A stretch of DNA of 64,000 nt from an uncultured cyanobacterium (GTDB taxonomy: Bacteria > Cyanobacteriota > Cyanobacteriia > Cyanobacteriales > Nostocaceae). Positions within the stretch are counted from its first letter, which is position 1. Every line of letters begins with the position of its first letter. Made by a program: the position numbers and the translations under genes. The stretch covers positions 192,001 to 256,000 of the forward strand of contig CAVUDP010000002.1 of NCBI GenBank assembly GCA_963740315.1, read 5' to 3'. Under the pieces are notes generated by a model. That model was not told the DNA's origin. It did no database searches and saw only the letters and a program-made list of their open reading frames with translations. Shown piece after piece: positions 61,958 through 64,000 of the stretch.

Positions 61958-63850
61958 ATGAATAATAATCCCATTCAAGTTCTGTTAGTAGATGATGATG
62001 AAGATGATTATATTTTAATTCGCGATTGGTTGAGTGAATTCCAGTTAGGCGAGTGCGAACTAGAATGGATAGATAACTATCAAATTGCGAAAGATGTTAT
62101 AGCTGGTAATCGACATGATATTTATCTATTTGATTACCGTTTGGGAGCAGAAAACGGATTAGAACTATTACGCTTTTCAATAAAATGCGGGTGTTCTTCT
62201 CCGATTATTTTGCTTACTGGTAGGGGAGATAGAGATATAGATATTGAAGCGATGAAAGCGGGTGCGGCGGATTATTTAGAAAAAAGTCAATTAAATGCAC
62301 CTTTATTAGAACGTTCAATTCGCTACGCTTTAGAACGTAAACAAACCGAACAAAAAATTCGCGAACAAGCAGCACTACTTGATGTTGCTACCGATGCAAT
62401 CTTTGTACGCGATTTGGATGACAGAATTTTATATTGGAATAAAGCAGCCTCCAGTCTTTATGGTTGTCAGAAAGATGAAGCGATCGGTAAAACAACAGCA
62501 GAACTTTGGCGAGAAAAGAAAATATCGAAAATACGATCGGCTGTTAATAATTTAATCAAAAACGGTTCCTGGAAAGGAGAACTTTATCAAACGACTAAAT
62601 TAGGCAAAGAAATCACTGTTGAGAGTCGCTGGACGCTATTAAAAGAATTTGAAAACAAAGCACAATCGATCCTCGTAGTCAATACTGACATAACGCAAAA
62701 AAAACTATTAGAATCGCAATTTCTTCGCGCTCAAAGATTAGAGAGCATCGGTACATTATCAAGCGGTATCGCTCACGACCTAAATAATGTACTGGCACCG
62801 ATTTTAATGACAGCACAACTATTAGAATCACAACTGCACGATGAGCGAAGCAAACGACTTTTACCAATATTAATTAACAACGCCAAACGCGGAGCAAACT
62901 TAGTCAAGCAAGTGCTGTCTTTTACCCGTGGAATGGAAGGCGATCGCACTATATTACAACCAAAGCATTTAATTGATGAAATCAAGCAAGTTGTCAGAGA
63001 AACATTTCCTAAAACAATTCAAGTTTCGGACGAAATACCCCAAAGCCTTTGGATGATTTCTGGAGATGCAACTCAACTGCATCAAGTAATGATGAACTTA
63101 TGTGTTAATGCTAGGGATGCAATGCCAAACGGTGGTAAATTAACCATTGAAGTGTCAAACTTTATAGTAGATGAAAACTACGCTCAAATGCATCTCGATG
63201 CAAAAGTAGGCTCTTACGTGATGATTTCTGTAGCCGATACTGGAATCGGTATTTCTTCAGAAGTATTAGATCGGGTTTTTGAACCATTTTTTACTACTAA
63301 AGAAATTGGCAAAGGTACGGGTTTAGGTCTTTCTACAGTACTTGGTATTGTTAAAAGTCACGGCGGATTTATTAAGGTACAAAGCGATATTAACAAAGGA
63401 AGTAATTTTCAAGTATATTTACCCGCGCAAGAAATTAAAGAACGGGTAGAAGAAGTAGAAGTAGATTTTCCATTAGGGGAAGGAGAATTAATTTTAGTGG
63501 TGGATGACGAAGATTCTATTCGAGATATTACAAAAAAATCATTAGAAAGCTATAATTATAAAGCAATAACAGCTAACGATGGTATTGAAGCAATTGCTTT
63601 GTATGCAGAACATAGAGATCGAATATCTATTGTGTTAACAGATATAGTCATGCCAGCGATGGACGGATTAACAACTATCCGCACGTTACAAAAAATTAAT
63701 CCTCAAGTCAAAATTATTGCCGTTAGCGGTTTAGTTTCTAACGATAAAATTAACGCCGTTACTGAAATTGGCATCAAAGCTTTTTTATCTAAACCTTATA
63801 CTGCAAAGCAATTATTACAAACCATTGGTGAGGTAAAAACGGATAATTAA
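61958..63850 (+). CDS. Hybrid kinase REC-PAS-HisKA-HATPase-REC
   Basis: VDDD/DYRL receiver, IAHDLNN, EPFFTTK, C-terminal receiver DIVMP. Confidence 0.93.
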   Translation: MNNNPIQVLLVDDDEDDYILIRDWLSEFQLGECELEWIDNYQIAKDVIAGNRHDIYLFDYRLGAENGLELLRFSIKCGCSSPIILLTGRGDRDIDIEAMKAGAADYLEKSQLNAPLLERSIRYALERKQTEQKIREQAALLDVATDAIFVRDLDDRILYWNKAASSLYGCQKDEAIGKTTAELWREKKISKIRSAVNNLIKNGSWKGELYQTTKLGKEITVESRWTLLKEFENKAQSILVVNTDITQKKLLESQFLRAQRLESIGTLSSGIAHDLNNVLAPILMTAQLLESQLHDERSKRLLPILINNAKRGANLVKQVLSFTRGMEGDRTILQPKHLIDEIKQVVRETFPKTIQVSDEIPQSLWMISGDATQLHQVMMNLCVNARDAMPNGGKLTIEVSNFIVDENYAQMHLDAKVGSYVMISVADTGIGISSEVLDRVFEPFFTTKEIGKGTGLGLSTVLGIVKSHGGFIKVQSDINKGSNFQVYLPAQEIKERVEEVEVDFPLGEGELILVVDDEDSIRDITKKSLESYNYKAITANDGIEAIALYAEHRDRISIVLTDIVMPAMDGLTTIRTLQKINPQVKIIAVSGLVSNDKINAVTEIGIKAFLSKPYTAKQLLQTIGEVKTDN

Positions 63851-63890
63851 CAATTATCAATTATCAATTCCCTACTCCCTAATCCCCATT

Positions 63891-64000
63891 ATGACCGAAC
63901 AGCGTTCTGAAGTATTGGCAAAAAACGAAGCGTTTTATCGCGCTTTTGAAAAGAAAGATATTGATGCGATGAGTGAAATATGGTCGCAAGGTACTGGTAG
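63891..64000 (+). CDS. SnoaL/NTF2-like protein, N-terminal part (runs off window)
   Basis: MTEQRSEVLAKNEAFYRAFEKKDIDAMSEIWSQG. Confidence 0.75.
   Translation, partial: MTEQRSEVLAKNEAFYRAFEKKDIDAMSEIWSQGTG

Noticed and set aside
1..64000. Frequent GCGATCGC octamers and 7-bp tandem tracts
   Set aside because: These are the well-known cyanobacterial HIP1 and STRR background, used only as taxonomic evidence. No tRNA or rRNA genes were recognised.

Overview
Chromosomal window from a filamentous, probably heterocyst-forming cyanobacterium (Nostocales-like). This is inferred from abundant HIP1 octamers (GCGATCGC), heptamer STRR tracts, two Yfr2 RNAs, and sigG-sapG and cdgR-like genes. (1) 0.9-12.7 kb: a co-oriented type IV secretion-like cluster (VirB2/3/4/6/8/8/10/9-like) with no relaxase, coupling protein or integrase in view, interrupted by a Tat-exported cytokinin-dehydrogenase-like flavoenzyme gene. 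(2) lnt and gyrA. (3) 18-28 kb: a candidate chaperone-usher-like pilus locus with four Csu/CS1-like subunit paralogs, a PapD-like chaperone and a large outer-membrane usher-like protein. It is flanked by an HTH-PAS-degenerate GGDEF regulator with a phased direct-repeat operator candidate, and interrupted by two toxin-antitoxin modules whose toxins are both broken. (4) Housekeeping and envelope genes: coaBC, purH, two Yfr2 RNAs, an LD-carboxypeptidase next to a DapF homologue with Ser in place of both catalytic Cys, galU-like, leuS, sigG/anti-sigma, L,D-transpeptidase, cdgR, M23 peptidase, clpS, moaE. (5) A four-gene phosphorelay containing a DXCF-type cyanobacteriochrome kinase. Intergenic DNA carries many miniature structured repeats, some nested inside copies of their own family, and one inserted in frame in lnt. 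All functional calls come from motif recognition only; no database searches were run.
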